Virus record (IMG/VR): IMGVR_UViG_3300022074_000025
Span: 6,490 to 70,489 of that record
Strand: one strand, 5' to 3'
Origin: a virus
Length of the DNA stretch: 64,000 nt
The position numbers and the translations under genes are program-made. Shown here one piece after another: positions 10,011 through 19,995 of this stretch; positions within the stretch are counted from its first letter, which is position 1; each line of letters opens with the position of its first letter. The notes under the pieces were generated by a model, which saw only the letters and a program-made list of their open reading frames with translations, made no database searches and was not told the DNA's origin.

Positions 10011-11108
10011 TTAATTAAGACCCGCTAATTTGCGGAGGTTAATTATTTCGGCTTCACTATCAGTATCCTGACGCTGTGCCTTGTTTCCTGTAATCTCAGT
10101 CTTCTGAGATTCATTTAGGGTTTGTGATCTCTTATCTGCTTTAGAGTCAGACTCTAAAATAGTTGGCAAATACTTGTTGTACTGTACTTTCAACTTTTCA
10201 GTTGCTACAGACTCAAGTAGGTTACCCATAAGGTCACGCTTGTCTTTTGCAAGAGGCCCTAGTAGTTCAGCAAGAACTTCAGCTCTCTCGTTTGCTTCAA
10301 CGATACGAGATGTTTTCTTCTCTGCTTTATTAACCATTTCCTCTTTCTCGGCAACTTGCTGACGTGATTCTTCAAGTTGTGCTTTAACTTTTTCAAGTTC
10401 TTTGGTAACTTCCGAAACTGTACTGCCTTCTGCTAATTCCGAACTCATAAACTCTGCCGCGAAAGTTTCGAAGATCTTACGACCAAACATATTTTCTTTC
10501 GCCTGCTGAATGTCCTCTTTAAGCATGCCTAGCTCTGTCTTTAATGTAGATTCTACAATATTTGACAATTTATCGCTTGCTTTAGATATGAAATTCTTTT
10601 TAGCTTCAGCAATTATTTCTTTACCTTCTTTCACTAGACGAACCTTTTCTTTATTAAGGTCCTTTTTGTCTTCATGAAATTCATTAAGTTCTGTTGTTAG
10701 TTGCTCCATTACGAAGTCTTCTAACTTCTCGAAGTTTCCTTCTTGTAATTTACGATCATCACGTAGTTCTGAAATCTCTTTTTTAAGAGTTTCCATTACA
10801 AACTGATCTAGAAGTTTTGCATGTTCCATCATTTTAGATTGATAATCAATCTTGGCGGCTACTGCATCACGCTTGTCTTCTGAGAATTCTTTAAGTTCTT
10901 TTGTAATCGTGTCAGTTAGCATCGCATCTAGTGCTTCCACCATCTGGTCTTTATCTGCGTCATAACGATTAGCGAACTCTTCTCTTAGGTCTGCTGTGAT
11001 TTCTTCACGTGCTTCTGCCAATTTGGCTTCCCACGCTTCAGAAAGTGTAGTGCGTACTTCTTCGGAAAGAACTTCTGAACTTAGGAGTTGTTCTATTGCT
11101 GTTGCCAT
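10011..11108 (-). CDS. Prohead core scaffolding protein (gp22-like)
   Basis: Glu/Lys-rich coiled coil with GRKIFETFAAEF motif, located between the protease and capsid genes. Confidence 0.85.
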   Translation of the reverse strand: MATAIEQLLSSEVLSEEVRTTLSEAWEAKLAEAREEITADLREEFANRYDADKDQMVEALDAMLTDTITKELKEFSEDKRDAVAAKIDYQSKMMEHAKLLDQFVMETLKKEISELRDDRKLQEGNFEKLEDFVMEQLTTELNEFHEDKKDLNKEKVRLVKEGKEIIAEAKKNFISKASDKLSNIVESTLKTELGMLKEDIQQAKENMFGRKIFETFAAEFMSSELAEGSTVSEVTKELEKVKAQLEESRQQVAEKEEMVNKAEKKTSRIVEANERAEVLAELLGPLAKDKRDLMGNLLESVATEKLKVQYNKYLPTILESDSKADKRSQTLNESQKTEITGNKAQRQDTDSEAEIINLRKLAGLN

Positions 11109-11740
11109 TACTTTCTCCTAATGTCTAGGTTGTCAATAAGTTTAAGTACCTCTTCCTGGAGATACTTTTGTGCTTTTGTATCATTGTTTGTGGCATTTGC
11201 GACATCCATCAAAACGTTTCCACGCTTGCCATTCATGATTGCCTCATAAATGGGATTAGGATATGCATCTGGTGCACTTGGGTTAGCAACGATATCTACA
11301 GTTTGTATTTCAAAACCTTTAACAATACCGTCTCCACCGACTTCACCGCTACCTCTACTTGATACGCCTAGCTTTGCACCGCACTCCAATAGGGTTTTAC
11401 AAATATTTCCCATTGGGGTAGGTAATAGTTTTAAGCGTCCATGACCATCGTCACCGTTCATCCACATTCTTTCAATTAAATGTGAAACACGATCTAGATT
11501 TACTTGTAAATCTTCCGGATGGTCTGCTTCGCCTAATACCGAAAAACCCTCGCTAATTCTTTTAGTAATGCTTTCAACAGCATTTGCTATTTCCTTGCCA
11601 GGGTATATTCTTTGATTCTGGTTACGTTGGTTAGCTTGTACGAAAATGCCTTCCATGTATAGATCCTTGCCGCCTTGACCATTGTCTTTGGCTTCGGTTA
11701 CAATACCTGCTTGGTCGTATGAAAGTCTTTCAATAAGCAT
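11108..11740 (-). CDS. gp21: Prohead core protease (T4 gp21 family)
   Basis: EGIFVQ..NxNxRIYP, LGEADHP, GVSSRGSG (catalytic Ser) and DIVANPSAPDA motifs. Confidence 0.95.
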   Translation of the reverse strand: MLIERLSYDQAGIVTEAKDNGQGGKDLYMEGIFVQANQRNQNQRIYPGKEIANAVESITKRISEGFSVLGEADHPEDLQVNLDRVSHLIERMWMNGDDGHGRLKLLPTPMGNICKTLLECGAKLGVSSRGSGEVGGDGIVKGFEIQTVDIVANPSAPDAYPNPIYEAIMNGKRGNVLMDVANATNNDTKAQKYLQEEVLKLIDNLDIRRK

Positions 11741-11743
11741 TTT

Positions 11744-12616
11744 TTACTCCGCCTTACCTTTTTTCTCAGCACCATGGCCTCGAGTTTCAGGTTTTAGCTT
11801 TGCACCATCACCAGGATGGGTAATACCCATGTCTTTTGCTGTTGCTACTTTAACTGGAGCAGGATTTTTTGTGTCTGTACTTACTGGTCCACCGTTTGAT
11901 TCGATGTCATCAGTACCTGGTCCAACTGGTGATGCTTTTCCGTCATCGCCTGCTGGCATATCCACTGGGTGTACAGCTTTATCCTTGCCAATTTTTTGCA
12001 GTTCAGCGGCTTCGTCTAGCTTTTCGTCATCGTCATCAGCTGATTCCTCAACTTCTTCATCTGACTCGTCTAGCTCTTCGTCCTTTGCTTCTTCTAAATC
12101 ATCTTCAGATTCGAAAGCGACAGCTTCTTCAGCTGGCTCTTCGTCACCCATGATTTCTGCAAATGTAGCTTTTAGGTCGTTTAATGCATCTTCAACTGAA
12201 GCAAATTCAGCTTCAATCTTGTCGTCTGCATCTCCGTCCATATCCATTTCTTCTGCGTCGTCGGCTTCATCGCCTTCTTCGCCTTCGTCGTCAGTTGCTA
12301 GTTCCATTTCTGCATCCATATCTGCATCCATGTCCATTTCTGGCTCGTCATCATCCTCGCCAAATGCTTCTTCAGACTCAATTTCTGACTCGTCTGTCTC
12401 TAGGTCATCTAGGAAATCGCCGGATTCTTCATCGCCGAATTCCTCATCTAGTTCAGTTTCTACATCGTCTTCAACGATTTCGTCCTGTTCTACTAGATCA
12501 GCCCAGATATCACGTGCCTTTTCTACGAAAGCCTCGTGTAGGAGGTCCGAAGCCTTTGCTTCGTCGCCATTTACAAGAGACTCAATAACTTTAGTATAAC
12601 GATCTTGAGCACTCAT
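11744..12616 (-). CDS. Highly acidic prohead core protein (positional analogue of gp67/gp68)
   Basis: Extremely Asp/Glu-rich, 290 aa, between portal and protease genes; SD AAGGAG. Confidence 0.65.
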   Translation of the reverse strand: MSAQDRYTKVIESLVNGDEAKASDLLHEAFVEKARDIWADLVEQDEIVEDDVETELDEEFGDEESGDFLDDLETDESEIESEEAFGEDDDEPEMDMDADMDAEMELATDDEGEEGDEADDAEEMDMDGDADDKIEAEFASVEDALNDLKATFAEIMGDEEPAEEAVAFESEDDLEEAKDEELDESDEEVEESADDDDEKLDEAAELQKIGKDKAVHPVDMPAGDDGKASPVGPGTDDIESNGGPVSTDTKNPAPVKVATAKDMGITHPGDGAKLKPETRGHGAEKKGKAE

Positions 12617-12646
12617 TTTAAATCTCCTTATAGGTTATAACACTTA

Positions 12647-12653
12647 TATTTAA
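12647..12653 (-). promoter_or_regulatory. Probable late promoter (TTAAATA) for the head operon
   Basis: TAAATA core about 30 nt upstream of the 12616 start. Confidence 0.5.
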
Positions 12654-12726
12654 GATGTCTTACTTCAGAGTAATAGTTAATGCGAATAAAACCGCATTTT
12701 TAATAAAATACTGAATTATTTCGGTA

Positions 12727-12945
12727 TTATTCTGCAGAACCAGTATTAGCAGAGTACATTTGTTTGTAGTTGCCAACTTGTTCTATATGATCAGCTTTTG
12801 CCATTTCACGCATAGCTCTCATTTTATTTAGATGTTCTAGCGTTAATTTAGGGCGTCTAGTATCATCAAGTTCCCACTTATGACTCTCATCACCCTCTGC
12901 TGTCTGTGCTAGTTCATTAAACCTCATCATCACCTCCCGGATCAT
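12727..12945 (-). CDS. Small head-module protein (true start probably 12927 or 12930)
   Basis: DTRRPKLTLEHLNKMR motif; GGAGG SD overlaps the end of the portal gene. Confidence 0.65.
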   Translation of the reverse strand: MIREVMMRFNELAQTAEGDESHKWELDDTRRPKLTLEHLNKMRAMREMAKADHIEQVGNYKQMYSANTGSAE

Positions 12946-14584
12946 CAGGTACTGGACTATCTGATGTAGTCACTCCACCCTCATCTCCTACTTCACCTTC
13001 TTCAGGATTCGCATCATCTACTGGTGTAGGAGTAAATCCTTCTATATCTCCGCCTCTAACACCCAATCCGCCTAATGCATTCTGGGCATCAAAGTCTTGA
13101 GTATTCATATCGTTGTTCTCAGCTCTCCACATCATTTCATTTTCAACTAATTCATCTTCCTGTAATCCAAGATATTTCTTCAGGATAAACCTTCTGCTTA
13201 GATACGGAACACCCTCAAGGTTGCTGAATAGTTGAGCTCTTTGTGAATCTAGTTCAATATCTCTATATTGACTAAAGCTCTGTGGTTCTGTAAACGCTAA
13301 ATCAAATAAACTACTAGGTACATCAACACCACGGAATTTAAGAAACATTTTAAATTCTTTATCTAATACTGATTGTAGTATTGCTTGAATACGTTCTACA
13401 TATTTTGAGAATCTATATTCTTGAATTAATGCAGTACCCACTCTACCGTCCTGATATGTTGCAGTTCCATCATCTGGTCCTGTTGGAAGATATGAACTAG
13501 GTATTCTTAAACCTCTTAAAAGTTTATTATTAAAATATTTTAAATCGTCAATTTCACCTAAATTATCACCACCCTGTAATACATCAACTTTGGAACCTCT
13601 ACCTTCTGCTGTTTGTGCAAAAAAGTAATCTTCCATAATTGATAGTGGATTATAGGCGGCATCCATTACGTTTGTACCACCACCTGTTTTATTAGGAATA
13701 CGAGTTTGATGTACTTCGTTTTTAACACGTTCTACAAATGCCATTGCTTTATGAGATGGCATATTACCTACATCAATATAGAACACACGTCTTTCAGGTG
13801 CTCGTTGTACACGGTAGATAATAATTGAATCTTCTAAAAGTTCTTTCTGTTTGTAAACTTTAAATACGCTTTCTAGTATACTATTACCAAAAGGCCAGTT
13901 TACATTCATGCCATCGCTCAATGCCATGTGTACAACGTGTTTACTATCAACTGCATACTCTGTGTTATTTTGATTATAACCACCATGATATACACCTGCA
14001 TTAGATTTTGCTGGTGTAGTATACCCTGATGTTCCATTTGCTGTTGTATTTTGTAATTTACGTGTATCTACAGCAACCATATCCTGTAAATTTAATGCAA
14101 TATTTTTTACAATATACTGATCAATCTCTTTTCCAGCACTTTCATTTACAATAGCACTGCTTACATCTTCTGGATTTACCCAATACAATTTAAATGTTTC
14201 GGGATCACGTAAAAAGAATTGATCACCATATTTAATTGCAGATCTCATTATGCCAAATGCACGTCTGTGTAATTCGTTTAGGTTACTCCACTGCCTTAGT
14301 GAAGTTCCCAATGCTTGCACTTCTGCTTCTGTAGCATCATTATTATACTTAATTCTGAACGGAAGTTCCGTATCAGAGTCTTCTTGTGTTCCGAATTCAG
14401 CGATTGTATCTAGAGCACCGTTAATTTCAGCGTCCATATCCATTTGGTCATACTGTGTATAACGCTCTACTCTGTTCGGTTGACCAGAATACACTTCAGG
14501 CAACCAGCTCTGCCAGCGATTTGCTTTCGCACGGCTTGTACTAGTGTCAGTATCGTATCTGGTAAAATGTTTTTTCCAACTCAT
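12917..14584 (-). CDS. gp20: Portal protein (T4 gp20 family)
   Basis: LLEDSIIIYRVQRAPERRVFYIDVGNMP, EDYFF, GRGSKVDVL and LRIPSSYL motifs. Confidence 0.96.
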   Translation of the reverse strand: MSWKKHFTRYDTDTSTSRAKANRWQSWLPEVYSGQPNRVERYTQYDQMDMDAEINGALDTIAEFGTQEDSDTELPFRIKYNNDATEAEVQALGTSLRQWSNLNELHRRAFGIMRSAIKYGDQFFLRDPETFKLYWVNPEDVSSAIVNESAGKEIDQYIVKNIALNLQDMVAVDTRKLQNTTANGTSGYTTPAKSNAGVYHGGYNQNNTEYAVDSKHVVHMALSDGMNVNWPFGNSILESVFKVYKQKELLEDSIIIYRVQRAPERRVFYIDVGNMPSHKAMAFVERVKNEVHQTRIPNKTGGGTNVMDAAYNPLSIMEDYFFAQTAEGRGSKVDVLQGGDNLGEIDDLKYFNNKLLRGLRIPSSYLPTGPDDGTATYQDGRVGTALIQEYRFSKYVERIQAILQSVLDKEFKMFLKFRGVDVPSSLFDLAFTEPQSFSQYRDIELDSQRAQLFSNLEGVPYLSRRFILKKYLGLQEDELVENEMMWRAENNDMNTQDFDAQNALGGLGVRGGDIEGFTPTPVDDANPEEGEVGDEGGVTTSDSPVPDDPGGDDEV

Positions 14585-14607
14585 GAGTTTTTCCTATATT
14601 ATAATGT

Positions 14608-14614
14608 TATTTAT
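14608..14614 (-). promoter_or_regulatory. Probable late promoter (ATAAATA) for the portal gene, overlapping the upstream stop codon
   Basis: TAAATA core about 24 nt before the portal ATG. Confidence 0.5.
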
Positions 14615-17184
14615 TCATATTCGGCAGACAATCGAACAGTTTGCTTGGCCTGTTGGAACGTCATATTCTTTAATGCTGTTTTAAATTGTCTAATAACTTC
14701 AGGCAGTTCTCCGTCTTCACCTTGTATCATATTTGCCATGTATTCGCCCGGTGCTTCGCCATCTGGACCTAGTGTTAAATCTTGTGGTTTTGTAAGACCT
14801 GCATTTTCGTTTTCAGCAGTAACAGCCCTTGATGTCACACCATCAGCAGTAGTCATTGATTCAGCAGTTATAGATAACCCTTGTCCAACATTATAAGAAG
14901 CTTCAACAAAGGAACCACCAACGTCTCCACCGCCAAGGGCGCCGCCTATTGAACTAACACGAACATTTCCAGACGCAATTTCCTGACCAATTTGTTTACC
15001 ATTAAACATATGTACAGTAACACTTGCACCGGCGGCTTCTGTATTATACATTTCCATATAATCACCCTTGCTAAATGTTCTTCTCGTGTAACCTTGTATT
15101 GTCGGACTTTGATTATACAACACATTTCCGTCTTTGTCAACAAAATTCGTACCTCCACCATCACTAATCAATTGGTAACCATCTGGATAGTAGTCTATTC
15201 TTGTTCCGTCGTCTTTTACGTCTGATTTAATTGCATCGCCAAGATTACGTGCCATTTGGTTAATGGTTTTAACATAAGAAGGCATATCTGTAATAAGCAT
15301 TTCTGGACCTTCTTCACCAACAAGTGCCATTTCATTAGAACCTAAATATCCACCAATAAACCTTTGCTTCACTGATCCATCTTCATTATGTGAATTTCCA
15401 TACTGCCTTATCCAATTACGTTTACTATGTCCAGACTTTGGCATAGGCATTACTGGTACAGGTGCTTTATCCATTGACTCTAATTCTGCTTGTGCGTCAA
15501 TTCTTTCTGCTACAGTACCAGACTTAATTAATTCTTCTAATTTTTTTCTTTTTTCTGTTTCTGTTTCTGGTTCTCCAGTTGATGATGATAGGTCGTCTGC
15601 TATATTTTTAATCAGTCTTGACATATCAACCATGTTTGGAGTCAATGCCTCTTGTGCTTGTAACATTAAAGAAGCCGCACTGTTAACTGCTTGTGTTACC
15701 CCGCCCTGTGCTTTTAATTGTTCACCTGTCTTTTTCTCTAGTTCTGCCATTTCTGTATCTGACATGGTTGCAAGTTTTTTATTTGCGTTTTGGAATCCAG
15801 TAAGTCCATTGTTAAGATCTAGAATAAGCCCACCAACGTTTTTATCAGTTCTCATAATAGAACCTTTTTGTACTTCAAGGTTGGCTATTCCTCGTAGTAT
15901 TTCTTTTCTCGTCATCTGTACAGAAGGATCAATAATACCATCCTGTAATTTTTGCAAAAATTCTGCTCCACCTTCTACAGAATTAAATGCCTGTATGACA
16001 TCTCGATCCTGTTTGGTAGTACCAAATGTAAACTTGCCATTTGTTTCAAAGTTTTGTTGTGCCCTTGTAATCATTGACTCCATCATTGGACCAATTTTAC
16101 CTAATCCGCCTTCAGCGGCTGGTAACTTGCCCAATAAATTAAAAGTTGATTTTAATGCAACAATATTATCTGCAACTTGACTTCCCATGCTTTCTCTGAT
16201 TCGCTGGTTAGGTCCTGCAAAATCTGCATCACTTACTGCTTCGAATGATGAATCAATTAATTGTTTTCTATTAAATGCTGTCGCGGCCGCTAATGAAGAA
16301 TTTTCAAGCATTAACTGCTGATATCCTGTTTGTAGACCTGCTCCGCCATTTGCTAATAGTGTATCTGTCTGTCCTGTTAAACGCATTACATCAATATACT
16401 GTGCATATGTGTCCATCATTTCTTGACTTGTTTGTCCAAAGTCACCATATGCATCATTTGCTCTGTTTAAAGTATTAAACGATTCAGCAAATACAACACT
16501 ACCTTTAGATATACCATTTCCTAGTGACTGTACTGCTCTTCCGTATTTGTTAATAGTTTTGGACATTGCGCCATAACTAACGCCAGCCTGATAACTAACT
16601 TCTCTTATATGTTGGAAAGATTGAGCAGAATCCATAAAGATTGCACCACTATCAATCATAGTAGCCTGTGCTTCTGCAAACTGTTCAATCTTGGCAGATA
16701 AAAAACCGCCATATGCAAACAATGCATTTGTTGCTATTCCAGAACCTTTAACTAATCTACCTGCCCATTCCTCGTTTATAAACTTAAACTTTTGGAGCAT
16801 CTTTTCAGCAGTACCACCTTTTGCATTTGCATTGGCTACAGTATCTTTCATCTGCTTTGCCATATTAGTCATACTTGAAAGTGGTTTACTTGTGTCTCCC
16901 AATTGGTTAATAATATTGGTAGCTCTGCCTACAATGTTTCTTGCTACATCACCTATTGTTTGTGCTTGATTATAGGCACTTTCTCTTTCAACTGATTTAA
17001 GTTCACTTGTTGCCTGCTCTAATCCTTTAATATCATCAGCAGTAACATTCATTGCTTTGATTACAATATTTCTAGCCGCATCATTACTATTAATGACACT
17101 TACTAAACTTTGTAAAGTAGATTCTTTTGCCCATTCAGGAATGGTTACTAATTCACCACCAATAGGTATCTGTAGGTCAGCCAT
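14611..17184 (-). CDS. Tape-measure-like/tail protein, 857 aa
   Basis: Long Ala/Gln/Met-rich helical region; GG...ALVGEEGPEM motif typical of tape-measure C-termini. Confidence 0.6.
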   Translation of the reverse strand: MADLQIPIGGELVTIPEWAKESTLQSLVSVINSNDAARNIVIKAMNVTADDIKGLEQATSELKSVERESAYNQAQTIGDVARNIVGRATNIINQLGDTSKPLSSMTNMAKQMKDTVANANAKGGTAEKMLQKFKFINEEWAGRLVKGSGIATNALFAYGGFLSAKIEQFAEAQATMIDSGAIFMDSAQSFQHIREVSYQAGVSYGAMSKTINKYGRAVQSLGNGISKGSVVFAESFNTLNRANDAYGDFGQTSQEMMDTYAQYIDVMRLTGQTDTLLANGGAGLQTGYQQLMLENSSLAAATAFNRKQLIDSSFEAVSDADFAGPNQRIRESMGSQVADNIVALKSTFNLLGKLPAAEGGLGKIGPMMESMITRAQQNFETNGKFTFGTTKQDRDVIQAFNSVEGGAEFLQKLQDGIIDPSVQMTRKEILRGIANLEVQKGSIMRTDKNVGGLILDLNNGLTGFQNANKKLATMSDTEMAELEKKTGEQLKAQGGVTQAVNSAASLMLQAQEALTPNMVDMSRLIKNIADDLSSSTGEPETETEKRKKLEELIKSGTVAERIDAQAELESMDKAPVPVMPMPKSGHSKRNWIRQYGNSHNEDGSVKQRFIGGYLGSNEMALVGEEGPEMLITDMPSYVKTINQMARNLGDAIKSDVKDDGTRIDYYPDGYQLISDGGGTNFVDKDGNVLYNQSPTIQGYTRRTFSKGDYMEMYNTEAAGASVTVHMFNGKQIGQEIASGNVRVSSIGGALGGGDVGGSFVEASYNVGQGLSITAESMTTADGVTSRAVTAENENAGLTKPQDLTLGPDGEAPGEYMANMIQGEDGELPEVIRQFKTALKNMTFQQAKQTVRLSAEYE

Positions 17185-19919
17185 TAGTTAGCCTCCAATA
17201 TGGTGTTTGTTCTATTCTGTTGTGTTATTGCTACCATTTCTGCTAACTCTTTTTTCAACTTTTCTATTATCGCTGAACTTTTTTCTCTGCCTTTGGTTTC
17301 TCTACCAAAGTATTCATTTACACCAGAATTACTTCTATCAATTCTAGACTGTTCAGCGGCAATAGTTTTATTGATTTCATCCATTCTCGTTTTTGATGTG
17401 TCATCAGGAGTGACACTATTGTTACTTGTATTTAAGCTCTGATTACTGTCTGTAACATTGGCAGTTTGTATAGTTGTTTCTTTTTTAGTAATCTTTTCAT
17501 CTTGTGCCGCTTGTATTTCCTGTAGTCTTTTTAGATATGGATTTGCTTCAGGGCGTGTCGCCATAATTAGTCCACTATCCTGTGCTTGTGCAAATCCTGC
17601 ACTTGCATTCCATCTTGTGCTACCACCTTTATCTGTACCAACTATATCAAAGTGTCCTCTATGTTTACCCATATAATCATGATCAGCACTGCCTGCTCTT
17701 CCACCCAATGCAAAAAATGCTTCAGTAAATTGTAAAAATTTAGGGTGTGTATAAGGAATCAAATGGTCACCTAATCTAAGTTGTAAATCAGCAGACATTC
17801 CACCGTCATGTCTTTCAGATCCTGTACGTACTGCTTGTCCATCTAGAAAGTATTTTTTGCCTTTTCGGTCTTTATTTTTTGTAGATGCTTTCCATTCATC
17901 TAATGGCATTTGCCCACCACTTGTAACTTCAACTCTTAAATTAGGATCTGTAACTATGGCGGCGTTTTTAAGTATTGTGACTAATGCCTCTGCTAATGGG
18001 CCTTTTCTAATGGCCGCTGTTTTGTTTTGTATCTGGTGTACACGATCACCTGGCCTAACTGGTGGCACTTCAGCAGGTGCCATTTCAATAGTAGGATCTC
18101 TACTAGGTGCAGGGCCTGTTAATGTTGTTTTAGATCCTGTACCCAGTCTATCAGAAACTACCTGGTCATCAGATATTGTAACTCCTGTGTATGGATCAAA
18201 TACACCACCATATCCACCTTCACTTGCTATTATCTCTTGTCCTTCTTTTGTACCAGGTGCTACTCTATACTCATTCATTTTGGCTAGTTCTTCACTTGCA
18301 CTTGTAACATTTGGTGGTTTTATAACACCTGCTTCAACTAAAAACTTTTTAAATCTTGCCAATTCGTCTGTAGTAGATGCAAATATTCCACCAAGGTTTT
18401 CATACCCTGGAACAATTTTATGCTGTAACATTCGCATACCAACTTTTGTTGCTTCCACTGCTTCTACACTATTATCTGCTTCTTCAGTTTTGGCATCAGC
18501 AAGATCTACTCTTTTCTGTATAGCATCACTTGTTGATTCAACAAACGCATCTGGAATAACTTCGGCCGCATTTTTTAACCTAAGTACTGAATCCAGTGTT
18601 GCGTCTCCCACAGAAGGAGCATTTGGAATTTCACGAGCAAGTCTAACAAATTCTTTAAATCTATTTGCAACTTCAACCCTATTGGAGCCATCTTTAAGTG
18701 ATTCAACCAATGACACATAGGATTTTGTTACTTCTGTACCACCCAATGCTAGTATTTCGTTAATTTCTTGAGGTACTGACATTAAAACATTATCAGTTGT
18801 TGGCAACATACGAACAAATCCTGTTAGTGTTTGGTCCATGCCATCTGCTAAATCAGGTAACATCTCCTTAAACAATCCATTAAGGAAATCTGCGTTAAGT
18901 TGCATTTGAACCGTTACACCTTCACCATATTTTTCTTCAAGTATGGCTTTGTTTCGCAACAAGTTGCCTTTCATTTCATCTCTACCCTGAGCATCTAAAC
19001 CAGAGTTAATTAATTGTTCTCTATTAATGCCTGTCATTTCAGCCATTGCTAAAGCAATCTTTTGTGTATCTTCAAATGTTTTTGTAATTCGCCTACGGGT
19101 TGGTATATTAAGTTCACTCATTTCACCCTGTTCAAAGAACATTTTAGTGACATTACCCATCTCTTTTATGAACTGTGTTCCTACTAATCCAAATTGATTA
19201 AACCCTTGATCGTTTCTACTTGCACTTGCTAGGTTACCCACGAAGTTGTTGAAGTATAATGAATTGTCTGCTAGACTTCCTTCACCGTTGACAAATACAT
19301 GTCGCATACCATCAAGCCCTTTTAGCATTTCAGAAACACTCATACCCATATTTGCGGCGGCGCCACGCATTTCAGTAGCACCAGGTAAACCTCTATCAAA
19401 CATCATGCCATATTCAAGCATTGCTCTTAGATTTTTCTCTTGTGCCATAATTATAGGTGCTAGGGCTCCACTAAAAGCCGCCATGCCTGCGATGCCTTTA
19501 CCGGCATATTGTGCAGTAGTACCAGCAACTCTAGCACCAGTTGCATACTTGTTAACAAACAACTTACCAAAGTCAGATACGGCTTCACCAGCACCAGCCA
19601 TAGCACGGCCACCTATTTCTGCTATTTCACCAAAACCTCTAATTGGATCTACAGCTCTAGCACCGCCTATAGAGTTGACTTCTTTTTGAACACCATTTAA
19701 GAATCTATCAATTCTTGTTTGTGTACGTTTTTTCTGTCCTATAAAATCTTCTATGTTTACTTGGACTTGTTTCATACCTAATTTTTTAGCAATTCGATTG
19801 ACTTCGCCCATATGGCTTTGAAGACTACGACCTTCCATTCGAACAATGCTCATTAATGTGTCGTCAGTAGCCCACTTGGGCAACATTTCAATAAGATTTA
19901 AAAATTCGTTACTGTCCAA
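17184..19919 (-). CDS. Tape-measure-like protein with a C-terminal M15/LAS-type Zn peptidase-like domain, 911 aa
   Basis: Helical N-terminal two-thirds resembles the neighbouring gene; VTSGG...SERHDGGMSAD...GHFD fits the H-x6-D...H pattern. Confidence 0.6.
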   Translation of the reverse strand: MDSNEFLNLIEMLPKWATDDTLMSIVRMEGRSLQSHMGEVNRIAKKLGMKQVQVNIEDFIGQKKRTQTRIDRFLNGVQKEVNSIGGARAVDPIRGFGEIAEIGGRAMAGAGEAVSDFGKLFVNKYATGARVAGTTAQYAGKGIAGMAAFSGALAPIIMAQEKNLRAMLEYGMMFDRGLPGATEMRGAAANMGMSVSEMLKGLDGMRHVFVNGEGSLADNSLYFNNFVGNLASASRNDQGFNQFGLVGTQFIKEMGNVTKMFFEQGEMSELNIPTRRRITKTFEDTQKIALAMAEMTGINREQLINSGLDAQGRDEMKGNLLRNKAILEEKYGEGVTVQMQLNADFLNGLFKEMLPDLADGMDQTLTGFVRMLPTTDNVLMSVPQEINEILALGGTEVTKSYVSLVESLKDGSNRVEVANRFKEFVRLAREIPNAPSVGDATLDSVLRLKNAAEVIPDAFVESTSDAIQKRVDLADAKTEEADNSVEAVEATKVGMRMLQHKIVPGYENLGGIFASTTDELARFKKFLVEAGVIKPPNVTSASEELAKMNEYRVAPGTKEGQEIIASEGGYGGVFDPYTGVTISDDQVVSDRLGTGSKTTLTGPAPSRDPTIEMAPAEVPPVRPGDRVHQIQNKTAAIRKGPLAEALVTILKNAAIVTDPNLRVEVTSGGQMPLDEWKASTKNKDRKGKKYFLDGQAVRTGSERHDGGMSADLQLRLGDHLIPYTHPKFLQFTEAFFALGGRAGSADHDYMGKHRGHFDIVGTDKGGSTRWNASAGFAQAQDSGLIMATRPEANPYLKRLQEIQAAQDEKITKKETTIQTANVTDSNQSLNTSNNSVTPDDTSKTRMDEINKTIAAEQSRIDRSNSGVNEYFGRETKGREKSSAIIEKLKKELAEMVAITQQNRTNTILEAN

Positions 19920-19930
19920 AATTAAGTACC

Positions 19931-19979
19931 TATTTAATGCATAAATACAAATGGATGCATTTATATATAATGTATTTAT
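19931..19979. promoter_or_regulatory. Divergent late-promoter region
   Basis: TTAAATA (minus, 19931-19937), ATAAATA (plus, 19941-19947) and ATAAATA (minus, 19973-19979). Confidence 0.6.
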
Positions 19980-19995
19980 TTGGAGAAAACACCCT

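Noticed and set aside
11682-12599. 305-aa Ser-rich plus-strand ORF
   Set aside because: Antisense of the Asp/Glu-rich head gene.
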